This document shows, piece after piece, positions 63,169-64,000 of a stretch of 64,000 nucleotides of DNA. The notes under the pieces are model-generated. The model was not told the DNA's origin. It searched no databases and saw only the letters and a list, made by a program, of their open reading frames with translations. The stretch is from Octopus sinensis. Its lineage: Eukaryota. Location: positions 31,992,001 to 32,056,000 of the forward strand of contig NC_043015.1 in NCBI RefSeq assembly GCF_006345805.1. Reading direction: 5' to 3'. How positions within the stretch are numbered: position 1 is the stretch's first letter; each line of letters begins with the position of its first letter. The position numbers were made by a program, and so were the translations under genes.

Positions 63169-63790
63169 CAGGGTGTCCCGAAATTAAGGCAACCAAAGTT
63201 TGGGGCTTTAATAACTATCAATAAATGTGATATGAAAATTATACATCATTATAAAAGCTTAGTGTGTCTTTTTGTTTCAGACTAAATAAATTCAGATTTA
63301 TAAATTAGATAATGGCTATACAACAGAAATACAATCATAACCTTCCACAAAGGAGGCAAAGGTAATACAGCTATAGCAAAAAAAGCTTAAAATCAACCAT
63401 AGAACAGTCTGGAAAATTGTTGAGAAATTTCAAGTGACCAGTTCCACCACTAATTGACCTGGACATGGCTGAAAAAGAAGTGTGTGGGCCCCTCAGCTTA
63501 TCAAAAGTACCAGAGAAAAGATACAGCAAAATCCTCATTGCTCCATCATAAAACTGGCTGCTACAGCAAAAATAGGTCAAACATCAATGTATTGAGTGCT
63601 GAAGGAGGATCTTAGGGCCCACCCCTACAAGATGATCTGTTGTCATGAGCTCATGCAAGTTTTTAAGACCATGAAGCTGGAGAGAAGTCGTCTTATCCTG
63701 CATCAGATTGCTGAAGGCATGCTGCCCAACATGGTGCTCACTGATGAAAAGGAGTTTGACATTGAGCAGACAGTAAGCCACTAGAATGGC
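63169..63790 (+). mobile_element. 5' part of a decayed Tc1/mariner-superfamily transposon
   Basis: TA|CAGGGTGTCCCGAAA terminus. Remnant ORF ...VLKEDLRAHPYKM...MVLTDEKEFDIEQ carries the first catalytic Asp motif and is truncated by a family E tail at about 63790. Confidence 0.7.
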
Positions 63791-64000
63791 TGACTTTGGA
63801 GTGGTTGGTGTTAGGAAGGGCCTCAAGTTGTATAAACCATCCCAAAACAGACACAATAGCCTGGTGTAGTATTCTACCTGGCCAGCTCCTGTCAAACCGT
63901 CCAACCCAAACCTTTGTTACTTTTTAATCTTCACATTACCATTTTGCTGAACCACCAACTGATTCATATGGTAAATACTATATACTGGCAGCTGGTATTT

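Overview
Eukaryotic, AT-rich, repeat-dense genomic DNA. The mix of tRNA-derived SINEs, (TA)n/(CA)n microsatellites and RTE/CR1 remnants suggests an octopus or other coleoid cephalopod; this is an inference, not a database result. I can support one protein-coding gene: CAB39/MO25 on the minus strand, with 7 coding exons between 21705 and 10885, canonical GT-AG junctions and a 339-aa spliced product. Almost all ORFs in the supplied track are artefacts of microsatellites or SINEs. The rest of the window holds several SINE families (labelled A-E here), RTE and CR1 LINE fragments, TA- and TTAA-flanked MITEs, an hAT MITE, two non-autonomous Helitrons and three decayed Tc1/mariner transposons. The most unusual signals are (i) a minimal type I hammerhead-ribozyme motif of the Penelope-element type at 54042-54076 (-), (ii) an inverted pair of degenerate hammerhead motifs forming a hairpin in a CAB39 intron (17550-17705), (iii) a same-orientation array of about 14 SINE-B units downstream of CAB39, and (iv) a 67-bp variable tandem repeat inside SINE-E copies. 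There is no CRISPR array, rRNA or intact tRNA gene, and no clearly novel protein-based system. Repeat boundaries were read by eye and are approximate unless a TSD or TIR is quoted.
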